Under the pieces are notes generated by a model that was not told the origin of the DNA, did not search any database, and was given only the letters and a program-made list of their open reading frames with translations. Shown one piece after another: positions 54,348 to 62,979 of a stretch of 64,000 nt of DNA. The position numbers and the translations under genes are program-made. Source of the stretch: an uncultured bacterium (GTDB lineage Bacteria; Bacillota; Clostridia; Lachnospirales; Lachnospiraceae); assembly GCA_905215625.1 (NCBI GenBank), contig CAJMQQ010000005.1:548-64547 (forward strand), written 5' to 3'. The stretch's first letter is position 1, and each line of letters starts with the position of its first letter.

Positions 54348-55694
54348 ATGAAGAAAAAAGGATTACTGGCACTGGGGTTAGCGGCTGCTATGGCGTTTAC
54401 TACAGCTTGTTCTGGCGGAGGCGCAGATAGTACGACTGCAGCACCGGCAGGAGAGACAAAGACGGAAAGCGCAAAAACAGAAGGTGGAGAGGCCGCTTCT
54501 GGTGAAGAAATCACATTAAAAATTGCAAACTATGCAATTCTGGAAGCAGGATATGATACATTCTGGGGAGAGGTAAAAGAAGGTTTTGAAGCAAAATATC
54601 CGAATATTAAGATTGAGTGGGTTTCTGCTCCTTATGGTGAGATTTTGAATCAGGTTATTAATATGGCAGGCGGCGGCGATAAAGTAGATGCCATTTTTAG
54701 TGAAATGATTTGGATTCCAGCTCTGGTAGATGCAGGTCTGGCAGCTCCTATGGATGAAATTTTAAGTCCGGAATTTTTAGCAGATTATTATCCTAATATT
54801 TTGGAAGCCCATTCAGTAGACGGAAAAGTTTACGGAGCACCACTTTATGTATCTCCATTTGTTTTGTTCTACAACAAGGATTTGTTTGAAAAGGCTGGAT
54901 TAGATCCAGAAAATCCACCAAAAACATATGATGAAATGTTAGAAATTGCTCCTAAGCTGGCAGCATTGACTACAGATGATGGAAATCAGGTATATCCATT
55001 TGGACAGCCAACAGCTTCTGTAATTGTAATTGGTTCTTCTATTCAGTCCTTTGCCCAGACGTTTGGCGGTACGGTATTTGATGAAAATAATCAGTTTAAT
55101 GTAGACAATCAGGGATTTACAGATGCTATGAATATGCTTCAGAAGATGGATGAACTGGGATATAATCCTCAGAACTGCAAACCGAAGGATCTGCGAAATC
55201 TGTTTGCATTAGGTCAGGTAGCAATGTATTACGATAATACCTGGGGATACAATGGCGCCAAGTCTATTAATCCAGAAGTAGCAAACTTCGCAGCAACTGC
55301 AATGCCGTTATCTGGCGGTTCTGGTGACGGAGCTTCCACTTTACAGTCTCATTGCTTTGTAGCAGTTGATAATGGACCAGAGAGAGTAGATGCAGTAAAG
55401 AAATTTATTGAATATGTAATTACTCCAGAAGTATTAAATGACTATATTGCGAACATTGCTCCTGCTTATCCAGCAAAGAAAGCAATGGAAAATATGGACG
55501 CTGTTGTAAATAGTGAATTCTTAAAGGGCGGCAAGGGGGCTGTTGAGAAGGCAGTTCCAGTATATCAGTTCCCAACTCTGTCTGATTTTAACTTAGAGTT
55601 GTGTGCTTTAAGCCAGGCAGTTACTGTAGGAAAAGAAGATGTAGCAACTGCAATCGAAAACTTTAAGAGTACGGTACAGCCGTTGCTGCCATAA
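54348..55694 (+). CDS. CUT1-type ABC transporter sugar-binding lipoprotein
   Basis: 448 aa with a lipoprotein signal ...MAFTTACSGG and a family-1 extracellular solute-binding domain. Confidence 0.9.
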   Translation: MKKKGLLALGLAAAMAFTTACSGGGADSTTAAPAGETKTESAKTEGGEAASGEEITLKIANYAILEAGYDTFWGEVKEGFEAKYPNIKIEWVSAPYGEILNQVINMAGGGDKVDAIFSEMIWIPALVDAGLAAPMDEILSPEFLADYYPNILEAHSVDGKVYGAPLYVSPFVLFYNKDLFEKAGLDPENPPKTYDEMLEIAPKLAALTTDDGNQVYPFGQPTASVIVIGSSIQSFAQTFGGTVFDENNQFNVDNQGFTDAMNMLQKMDELGYNPQNCKPKDLRNLFALGQVAMYYDNTWGYNGAKSINPEVANFAATAMPLSGGSGDGASTLQSHCFVAVDNGPERVDAVKKFIEYVITPEVLNDYIANIAPAYPAKKAMENMDAVVNSEFLKGGKGAVEKAVPVYQFPTLSDFNLELCALSQAVTVGKEDVATAIENFKSTVQPLLP

Positions 55695-55718
55695 CCTGAG
55701 ACACAATATTGAACTGAA

Positions 55719-55748
55719 GGGCGGGGGCATAAATTAAGGTCCCCGCCC
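55719..55748 (+). other. Intercistronic GC-rich hairpin between the binding-protein and sulfatase genes
   Basis: Perfect 8-bp stem GGGCGGGG / CCCCGCCC with a 14-nt loop and no U-tract. It fits a partial terminator or mRNA-stability element. Confidence 0.5.
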
Positions 55749-55810
55749 ATTAAGGGAATGGATAGGACAGTCAAAAAATTGGGAAAAGAGAAAGACAATG
55801 GGGGAAAATT

Positions 55811-57235
55811 ATGGATAGAAAAATGGATGGGAAGCATATAAACAAGCCGAACATTGTATTTATTCTGACAGATGATCAGGGATATTGGTCACTTGGGTGC
55901 TATGGAAATAAAGAGATACATACACCAAATCTGGACCGATTGGCAGAACGGGGAATCCGGTTTGATAATTTTTTCTGTGTTTCTCCAGTATGTTCTCCGG
56001 CTAGAGCGTCTCTGATGACAGGAAGAATTCCATCCCAGCATGGTGTCCATGATTATTTGTGCGGAGGCAATGGAGGATCTACACAGACAGCGATTGAATA
56101 TCTGAAAGGACAGACTGGATATACCGATATTTTAGCAGAGAATGGTTATGTATGCGGACTTAGCGGAAAATGGCATCTGGGAGACGGACTTCATCCGCAG
56201 AAAGGTTTCAGCTTTTGGTATACCCATCAGAAAGGCGGCGGTCCTTATTACAATGCTCCGATGATCCGGGACGGCAGATATGTAGAAGAAAAAGAATATA
56301 TTACAGATGTCATTACAGATGAAGCCTTAAAGTTTATTGACAATGAAAAACATAAAGACCATCCGTTCTATTTAAGCGTTCATTATACAGCTCCACATTC
56401 TCCATGGATTGACTGCCATCCAAAAGAATACACCGATCTTTACGAAAACTGTGAATTTAAGAGCTGCCCACAGGGGGAACCGCATCCTTGGGCGAAGTTG
56501 GGAGTAATCTCTGGATATGACAGGCCAAGAGAGAGTTTAATTGGCTATTTTGCAGCAGTTACGGCAATGGATGCGAATGTTGGAAGAATTTTAGATAAGC
56601 TGGAACAAGAAGGACTTACCGAAAATACGTTGATTATTTTTTCCAGTGATAATGGATTCAACTGTGGACATCACGGAATTTGGGGAAAGGGAAATGGAAC
56701 CTTTCCATTAAATCTTTATGATTCTTCTGTAAAAGTTCCATTTATTATCAGCCATCAGGGTCATTTGGCAGAAGGAACCGTATGTGAGGATATGTGCAGC
56801 GGGTATGACTTTATGCCGACACTTCTGGATTATCTGGGGATAGAAAATCCAGAGGCAGAGGGACTTCCGGGAAAAAGTTTTTTAAAATCTCTGCTGGGAG
56901 AAAAACAAGAAAATGACGGAACTGTAGTTGTATTTGATGAGTACGGGCCGGCCAGAATGATTCGCAGCAAAGAATATAAATATATTCATAGATGTCCGTT
57001 CGGACCAGATGAGTTTTATGATTTAAAGCAGGATCCAAATGAAGAGAAAAATCTGATTGATAATGAAGATTATCAGGAATTGGTTCAGGCAATGAAACGT
57101 CGTATGGATACATGGTTTTTGCGTTATGCCAATCCGGAGATTGATGGCAGCAGAGAGCCGGTATTAGGCGGAGGACAGAAAGATTTGGCAGGAATGTGGG
57201 GACCTGGTCTCCATGTTTATAATGAGAATAAGTAA
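55811..57235 (+). CDS. Cys-type sulfatase (formylglycine-dependent), no signal peptide
   Basis: 474 aa with NIVFILTDDQG and the C-x-P-x-R motif CSPARASLMTGR (CSPAR at 55991-56005). The N-terminus MDRKMDGKHINKPN is hydrophilic. Confidence 0.9.
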   Translation: MDRKMDGKHINKPNIVFILTDDQGYWSLGCYGNKEIHTPNLDRLAERGIRFDNFFCVSPVCSPARASLMTGRIPSQHGVHDYLCGGNGGSTQTAIEYLKGQTGYTDILAENGYVCGLSGKWHLGDGLHPQKGFSFWYTHQKGGGPYYNAPMIRDGRYVEEKEYITDVITDEALKFIDNEKHKDHPFYLSVHYTAPHSPWIDCHPKEYTDLYENCEFKSCPQGEPHPWAKLGVISGYDRPRESLIGYFAAVTAMDANVGRILDKLEQEGLTENTLIIFSSDNGFNCGHHGIWGKGNGTFPLNLYDSSVKVPFIISHQGHLAEGTVCEDMCSGYDFMPTLLDYLGIENPEAEGLPGKSFLKSLLGEKQENDGTVVVFDEYGPARMIRSKEYKYIHRCPFGPDEFYDLKQDPNEEKNLIDNEDYQELVQAMKRRMDTWFLRYANPEIDGSREPVLGGGQKDLAGMWGPGLHVYNENK

Positions 57236-57265
57236 TGGGAACCAGGCGGGAGAGGAGGAAACGTT

Positions 57266-58186
57266 TTGAATACAGAGGTTAAACGTTTTAAGCTAAAAAG
57301 GCATACAGCAGATAAGCTGTTTTCACTGATGTTATTGCTTCCTGCAATCATCACAACGACCATGTTTATTTTAGTTCCGGTAGTAGACTCTATTTATCGA
57401 AGCTTTTTTGACTATCGGGTACGTAATATTATTTCTGGAGAACCAGGGGTATGGAATAATTTTGCCAACTATACTAAACTATTTTCAAATGGTAAATTAG
57501 TGCCGTCTATGATTAACACGCTGGTGTTTGTATTTGGTGTCGTAATTGCCCAGTTCGTTTTGGGAATGGCTCTGGCACTGATTTTAAATACCAATATGAA
57601 GGCATCCCGTTTTATCCGAAGCATTATGATGGTGCCGTGGGTAGTTCCGACGATTATTTCAGGTCTGGTCTGGTTATGGATGTTCCAGCCACAGTACGGC
57701 CTTGTAAAGTTTATCGTAGGTGTTATTACGGGAGGAAAAGTTACCGATTTTGCGATTTTGAATAATCCGGCAACGGCTATGTTTGGCGTTTCGGTTGCTG
57801 CTTTATGGAAACAGATTCCTCTGGCAACCCTGCTCCTTCTTGCAGGACTTGCCAATGTTCCGGAAGATATGCTGGAAGCAGCAAAAATTGATGGTGCAAA
57901 TGCAGTACAGAGATTTTTCAGAATCACGATGCCATACATGAAGAGCGTAATTAAGGTAACGGTTTCTATGTCTATTATTGAGAACTTTAAACAGTTCCCA
58001 TTATTCTGGACTATGACCGGAGGCGGACCAAACAACTCTACAACAACTATGGCAATTCTCAGTTACAGAGAGGCGTTTGTTTCTAATAACTTTGGTTCTG
58101 GTGCTGCAGTAACAACGGTATGGATGCTGATGATGATTGTTGTGGTATTCTTTTATAATCGCATCTTTAAAGAGTCAGACGTATAG
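57266..58186 (+). CDS. CUT1 ABC transporter permease (MalF-like)
   Basis: 306 aa, TTG start with GAGGAGG 7 nt upstream, and an EAA-type loop ...EAAKIDGANAVQRFFRITMP... Confidence 0.9.
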   Translation: MNTEVKRFKLKRHTADKLFSLMLLLPAIITTTMFILVPVVDSIYRSFFDYRVRNIISGEPGVWNNFANYTKLFSNGKLVPSMINTLVFVFGVVIAQFVLGMALALILNTNMKASRFIRSIMMVPWVVPTIISGLVWLWMFQPQYGLVKFIVGVITGGKVTDFAILNNPATAMFGVSVAALWKQIPLATLLLLAGLANVPEDMLEAAKIDGANAVQRFFRITMPYMKSVIKVTVSMSIIENFKQFPLFWTMTGGGPNNSTTTMAILSYREAFVSNNFGSGAAVTTVWMLMMIVVVFFYNRIFKESDV

Positions 58187-58203
58187 GAAGGAGGAGAGGA
58201 AAG

Positions 58204-59043
58204 ATGAAACGAAATCGGTTAATTGGAAATATTGTAAAATATGTGGTTTTGGCACTGATTCTTCTGTTCCTGCTGTTCCCGCTGATGTGGGTACTGCTAA
58301 CGTCTTTTAAGACGAATATGGAGGCATATAAATTCCCTCCGACTTTGATTCCGGAAGCGCCGACTGTACAGAGTTACATTGATTTGTTTACAAAGAATAA
58401 CGAGTTCTTTATATACTACAAAAACAACTTCATCGTAGCCGGTGGCGCTGCGCTTTTGACTACATTAATCGCGATTATGTCCGGATATGCACTTTCCAGA
58501 TTCCATTTTAAGTGGAATGGATGGATTGTGGCAGCATTTACATCTGCACAGATGTTCCCGATTATCAGCCGTTTGATTTCCCTGTATAAGATCATGGGAG
58601 ACGTCAACCTGATTAATACCCGTACCGGATTAATCTTAGCAGTAGGAGCTTCTATGCTTCCATTTACTATCATGCTGATGTCCAGCTTTTATGATGGCAT
58701 TCCGGTAGAACTGGAAGAAGCAGCCCAGATTGATGGCGCTGGCCGTTTTGGAATTTTATTCCGGGTAGTTGCACCATTAATTAAGCCAGGTATGCTGGCA
58801 GTCGGAATTTATGCATTCCTGCTGTCCTGGGATGATTATCTTCACTGTTCCACTCTGATTCAGACGGACTCTCTGCGTACATTATCTGCAGGTGTAGCGC
58901 TCCGGTACTTAGGAGAATTATCCTATGACTGGTCTTTGATTAATACGATTTCCATCGTAGGTACGCTGCCAATGGTTCTTATCTTCTTCTTCTTCCAGAA
59001 GTATATGGTAAAGGGTCTGGTAGCAGGTGCAGTAAAAGGTTAA
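58204..59043 (+). CDS. CUT1 ABC transporter permease (MalG-like)
   Basis: 279 aa with an EAA-type loop ...EEAAQIDGAGRFGILFRVVAP... Confidence 0.9.
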   Translation: MKRNRLIGNIVKYVVLALILLFLLFPLMWVLLTSFKTNMEAYKFPPTLIPEAPTVQSYIDLFTKNNEFFIYYKNNFIVAGGAALLTTLIAIMSGYALSRFHFKWNGWIVAAFTSAQMFPIISRLISLYKIMGDVNLINTRTGLILAVGASMLPFTIMLMSSFYDGIPVELEEAAQIDGAGRFGILFRVVAPLIKPGMLAVGIYAFLLSWDDYLHCSTLIQTDSLRTLSAGVALRYLGELSYDWSLINTISIVGTLPMVLIFFFFQKYMVKGLVAGAVKG

Positions 59044-59067
59044 TAAAACATATCAAGGAGGAGAAAT

Positions 59068-59922
59068 ATGTTAACAACAAGCAAAGAAATGCTGTTAGAT
59101 GCAGCGAAAAATGGTTATGCAGTTCCGGCTATTAACACGCAGGGCGGAAATTATGATATTATCTGGGCTATTTGTAAAGCTGCAGAAGATTTACATTCCC
59201 CAATTATTCTTGCTCACTACGTAAGTACGGGAGCGTATTCCGGACATGACTGGTTTGTAAATGTATGCAAATGGTGTGCAGATAAGGTATCTGTACCGGT
59301 TGCCATCCACCTGGATCATGGTGATGGTTTTGACATCTGTATGGAAGCTTTAAAACTGGGATTTACCTCTTTGATGATTGACGGATCTACCAAGCCAATC
59401 GAAGAGAATGCAGCTATGACCAATAAAGTATTAGAAGTTGCAAAATGCTTTGGCGTTCCGGTAGAAGCAGAGATTGGCGAACTTCTCCGTCTGGACAATA
59501 TGGGTACCGTTATGGAAAACAAGAATATCGTAGATCCGGAAGAGGTACGCCGTTTCTTAAGCTTATGTACACCAGATTCATTGGCAATTGGAATTGGCAA
59601 TGCACATGGATATTACAAAGGGGAGCCGGATATTCATCTGGAAGTTATGGAAGCAGTCCGGAAGTTTACGGACATTCCACTGGTTCTGCATGGCTGTACC
59701 GGTATGAAGGAAGAGATTATTAAAGAAGCGATTAAGCTGGGCGTAGCAAAGATTAACTTTGGTACTGAAATCCGCTACAAATATGTTGAGCATTATGAAG
59801 AAGGCTTAAAGACTTTAAATCATCAGGGACACTCATGGAAACTGTCCCAGTATGCAAATGAAAAACTCCAGGAAGACGTAAGAAAGATTATTCGTCTTGC
59901 AGGATCGGAAGGAAGAGTTTAA
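59068..59922 (+). CDS. Class II ketose-bisphosphate aldolase (fructose/tagatose-bisphosphate aldolase family)
   Basis: 284 aa with Zn ligand motifs AIHLDHGDG and LVLHGCTG, and N-terminal ...GYAVPAINT... Confidence 0.88.
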   Translation: MLTTSKEMLLDAAKNGYAVPAINTQGGNYDIIWAICKAAEDLHSPIILAHYVSTGAYSGHDWFVNVCKWCADKVSVPVAIHLDHGDGFDICMEALKLGFTSLMIDGSTKPIEENAAMTNKVLEVAKCFGVPVEAEIGELLRLDNMGTVMENKNIVDPEEVRRFLSLCTPDSLAIGIGNAHGYYKGEPDIHLEVMEAVRKFTDIPLVLHGCTGMKEEIIKEAIKLGVAKINFGTEIRYKYVEHYEEGLKTLNHQGHSWKLSQYANEKLQEDVRKIIRLAGSEGRV

Positions 59923-59945
59923 GAATTAAACCAGGAGGAATAACA

Positions 59946-60995
59946 ATGAAAAACAGTGAACTTACTTACAAAGAAATTTATGGCCAGCCAGCATCTTTCC
60001 AGGCAATTAACGATACGTTAGAGGATATTTACAAAGTTCTGGATGAAGTTTTTGCAGAAGAATACGATGAACTGATTTTCACCGGCTGCGGTACTTCTCT
60101 GTACCTGGCTCAGGCAGCAGCTCATGCATTTGGAACCTGCACCAAGATTCCGGCAAAAGGAATGTGCTGCTCTGAATTATATTATTTCCCAGAGACTTAT
60201 GTAGGAAACGGCAAGAAGGTTCTGGTACTTCCGATTACCAGAAAGAGCTATACTACAGAAGTTCGTATGGCAATTGACAAAGTAAGAACTTTTGAAGGCG
60301 TAAAGACCCTGGCAATTACCTGTGACCCAGACAGCAGCAAATATAATGATTACATGATTCTTTCTCCAGAGACTGCAGAAGACAGTGTTATTATGACCCG
60401 TTCTTTCACCAGCATGATTTATCTGGCTGCTGTTTTAGCATTCTACGCAGGCGGAAGAAAAGACAAGATCGAGGCTATGAAGGATTATGCAGCACAGTCT
60501 GAAGAGTTCTTAAAAGCAACCGATGAACTGGCTAAAAAGATTGTTGCAGAGCATCCGGAACTGAATCTGTTTATTACTCTGGGACAGGGTATCTACTACG
60601 GTATTGCAAATGAATGTATGAATAAGATGAAAGAAATGAGTTTAAGCAACTCAGAAGCTTATTATACATTAGAGTACCGTCATGGACCCATGAGCCTGGT
60701 AGACGACAAGACTCTGATTATCCTTCTGGGACATGAAGATACCGTAGACGGCGACGCAAAGCTGCTGACACAGATGAAGGAGTACGGTGCAATTACTCTG
60801 GCAATCGGCAATACTGCTTCCAAGGACTTTACCGATGCAGATTATACACTGGATATGGGATACGGCTATGACAGCATTCAGAATGCAGCCATGATTGGAT
60901 TTATCGGTCAGATGATGGGATATTATCTGGCAGAATTAAAGGGATTAAATGCAGATACCCCAAGACACTTATCCCAGGCAATTGTTATTAAATAA
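59946..60995 (+). CDS. Double-SIS-domain sugar-phosphate isomerase/deaminase (AgaS-like)
   Basis: 349 aa with FTGCGTSLYLA in the first SIS domain. A second SIS domain contains ...EYRHGPMSLVD... Confidence 0.82.
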   Translation: MKNSELTYKEIYGQPASFQAINDTLEDIYKVLDEVFAEEYDELIFTGCGTSLYLAQAAAHAFGTCTKIPAKGMCCSELYYFPETYVGNGKKVLVLPITRKSYTTEVRMAIDKVRTFEGVKTLAITCDPDSSKYNDYMILSPETAEDSVIMTRSFTSMIYLAAVLAFYAGGRKDKIEAMKDYAAQSEEFLKATDELAKKIVAEHPELNLFITLGQGIYYGIANECMNKMKEMSLSNSEAYYTLEYRHGPMSLVDDKTLIILLGHEDTVDGDAKLLTQMKEYGAITLAIGNTASKDFTDADYTLDMGYGYDSIQNAAMIGFIGQMMGYYLAELKGLNADTPRHLSQAIVIK

Positions 60996-61017
60996 CAAAA
61001 TAAAAACGATTGAAATT

Positions 61018-61061
61018 AAACAGGCAGGAAGTTTATCGTAAGATAGGCTTCCTGCCTGTTT
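61018..61061 (+). terminator. Hairpin terminator after the SIS gene
   Basis: Perfect 14-bp stem AAACAGGCAGGAAG / CTTCCTGCCTGTTT with a 16-nt loop. Confidence 0.7.
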
Positions 61062-61067
61062 AGCAAT

Positions 61068-61568
61068 GTGGCATTTAATAACGATGCGATTTTGATTAAG
61101 TTAGCGAATTATGTTAGACGAATGAACGACAGCTTTTATGAATTATTGGAAGACAAAGAAAGATTGAAAGATCTGGAGGCATTTCTAAATGAAATGGGGA
61201 TAGAATGCCGACTGGTATTAAAAAAATTACCGGATGGACAGAGAGAATTATATTTTGAACATGAAAAATTAGTGACATTTTCAGAAACAGCTTCTAGTGG
61301 AACTCTGGCACTGGTTGATTTATATCGGAGATTGATTCCAAGAGACTGGGAGCCTTCTTTTATTCTTGAAAAGATGTATAATGAAATTTGGATTTATGGA
61401 ACAAATATTTATCAGTTGTATGATGATATTGAAAATAAAATGGAGCTGGGTTTGCAACAGTCTCATCTACAATTGTTTGTAAAATACTATGACCATTTAA
61501 AAATACACAAACCTGACCCAAGAATTGTTTGTGGAATTTCAAAACAAAGAAACTATAAACAAACTTAG
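61068..61568 (+). pseudogene. Probable remnant of an AAA_21/AAA15-type ATPase gene (internal fragment only)
   Basis: 166 aa, GTG start, AT-rich. ...FSETASSGTLALVDLYRRL... resembles the mid-region signature of AAA_21 ATPases. No Walker A is present, and the expected Walker B (FIDEFD-like) is lost after ...EPSFIL. Confidence 0.35.
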
Positions 61569-61727
61569 ATAAAAATTGTTTATAAATACGCAGAACAGAA
61601 TAAAATTGTACAATGATATTAGAAAGTTTGTTTGAAAAACATCAAAACTACTCAAATACACACAAACTAACTGGATACCCCAAAAACTGATCCCTAAGCC
61701 CCAATAATTTACTCCAACTCTTGACAA

Positions 61728-61783
61728 AAAGCTAAATAAAGAGCTAAATAAAGAGCTAAATAAAAAGCTAAATAAAAAGCTCA
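61728..61783. repeat. 12-bp tandem repeat, about 4.6 copies
   Basis: (A/G)AGCTAAATAA(A) units at 61728, 61740, 61752 and 61764, plus a partial copy at 61776 that runs into the terminator stem. Confidence 0.9.
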
Positions 61784-61821
61784 GGCAATTGACTTATTTT
61801 GAACAATTGATGCCTGAGCTT
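61777..61821 (-). terminator. Rho-independent terminator of glgD (also usable from the + strand)
   Basis: Arms AAGCTCAGGCA / TGCCTGAGCTT with inner CAATTG pairing. On the minus strand the stem is followed by TTTTTATTTAGC... Confidence 0.7.
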
Positions 61822-61836
61822 TTCTGATGGAAGCCT

Positions 61837-62979
61837 TTAGATTACCTGATGCTTAAATACATAGAATGGATAGGTATCGGAACCTTTTACATCCTTGTTA
61901 GCGGAGATGGTGACATTTTTGTCGGTAATCAGGTATTCTACATGGGCGCCTTCTTCAATGACAGTATCCTGCATCAAGACGCAGTTCTTTACAACCGCAC
62001 CTTTTGCAATCTTGACGCCACGGAACAGAATGCAGTTTTCTACTTCGCCTTCGATGACGCATCCGTCTGCAGCCATGATATTTTTTGCTTTTGCACCTTT
62101 AATATAGCGGGTTGGGTTGTCGTCGCGGATTTTGGTGTAAATTGGATTCGGACTGAACAGGGCATCCAGATTTTCGTCTTTCAAAAGCTTCATATTTTCG
62201 TCAAAATATGCTTTCATATCGCAGATACGGGCGGTATATCCCTTAAATTCAAAGGCCTGGACATTTAATGTCTGAATCTGCGGGGACAGAATATCGCGTT
62301 CATAGTAAACGTAGCCGTGAACATAGGCATTGCGGATCTGTTCAATTAACAGAGTTCGTTCGATGATGTAGATGTTCATGGAGTAATTCTGGACGCCGTC
62401 TGCCTTCTCGTTGATATTGAGTTCTGTTACCCGTCCGTCTTTAATATCTAAGGTATAGTACAAATCCTGATGAACATTTTTGCTGTCTACCGCGCTTCTT
62501 GGCAGTTCTTCCGCTTTGTAGGCAACGGTTACGTCTGCGCCGCTGGCAATATGTGCGTCAATCATGGACTTGAAATCAAAATTGACGGCAATATTTGCAT
62601 CGGACATTACAACGTATTTTTCTTTCTGATCCATTAAAAAATCCAGGATGCTTGCCAGAGCTTCTACCCGTCCGTTAAATACTTTAACAGTTTTTTCTGC
62701 AAAAGGAGGAACAATGTTTAAACCGCCGTTTTTGCGAACCAGATCCCACTCGCGGCCGGATCCTAAGTGATCCATGAGAGAGTGGTAGTGTTTGCGGACA
62801 ATAATGGAGATATTGTCAATGCCGCAGTTGACCATACTGGATAAGATAAAGTCTACCATACGGTAACGTCCGGCAAACGGAATGGACGCCATCAGACGTT
62901 CGCTTACCAGTTCCGGTACCAGACTGTCATAACTATTTGGGAAAATAATGCCCAGAGCATTTGCGTTGGAATTTACCAT
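61837..62979 (-). CDS. glgD: Glucose-1-phosphate adenylyltransferase regulatory subunit GlgD
   Basis: 380 aa starting ...[46 protein letters not shown]... Downstream of and overlapping glgC. Confidence 0.9.
   Translation of the reverse strand: MVNSNANALGIIFPNSYDSLVPELVSERLMASIPFAGRYRMVDFILSSMVNCGIDNISIIVRKHYHSLMDHLGSGREWDLVRKNGGLNIVPPFAEKTVKVFNGRVEALASILDFLMDQKEKYVVMSDANIAVNFDFKSMIDAHIASGADVTVAYKAEELPRSAVDSKNVHQDLYYTLDIKDGRVTELNINEKADGVQNYSMNIYIIERTLLIEQIRNAYVHGYVYYERDILSPQIQTLNVQAFEFKGYTARICDMKAYFDENMKLLKDENLDALFSPNPIYTKIRDDNPTRYIKGAKAKNIMAADGCVIEGEVENCILFRGVKIAKGAVVKNCVLMQDTVIEEGAHVEYLITDKNVTISANKDVKGSDTYPFYVFKHQVI

Noticed and set aside
61539-61727. 62-aa very hydrophobic minus-strand ORF, considered as a type I toxin or holin-like peptide
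   Set aside because: It lies downstream of the glgD terminator, has no RBS or promoter I could see, and its hydrophobicity is explained by T-rich codons of the AT-rich, C-poor strand. It cannot be fully excluded without expression data.
61728-61783. Possible CRISPR array
   Set aside because: The repeat unit is only 12 bp with no spacers between copies, so it is a simple tandem repeat. No cas genes are present in the window.
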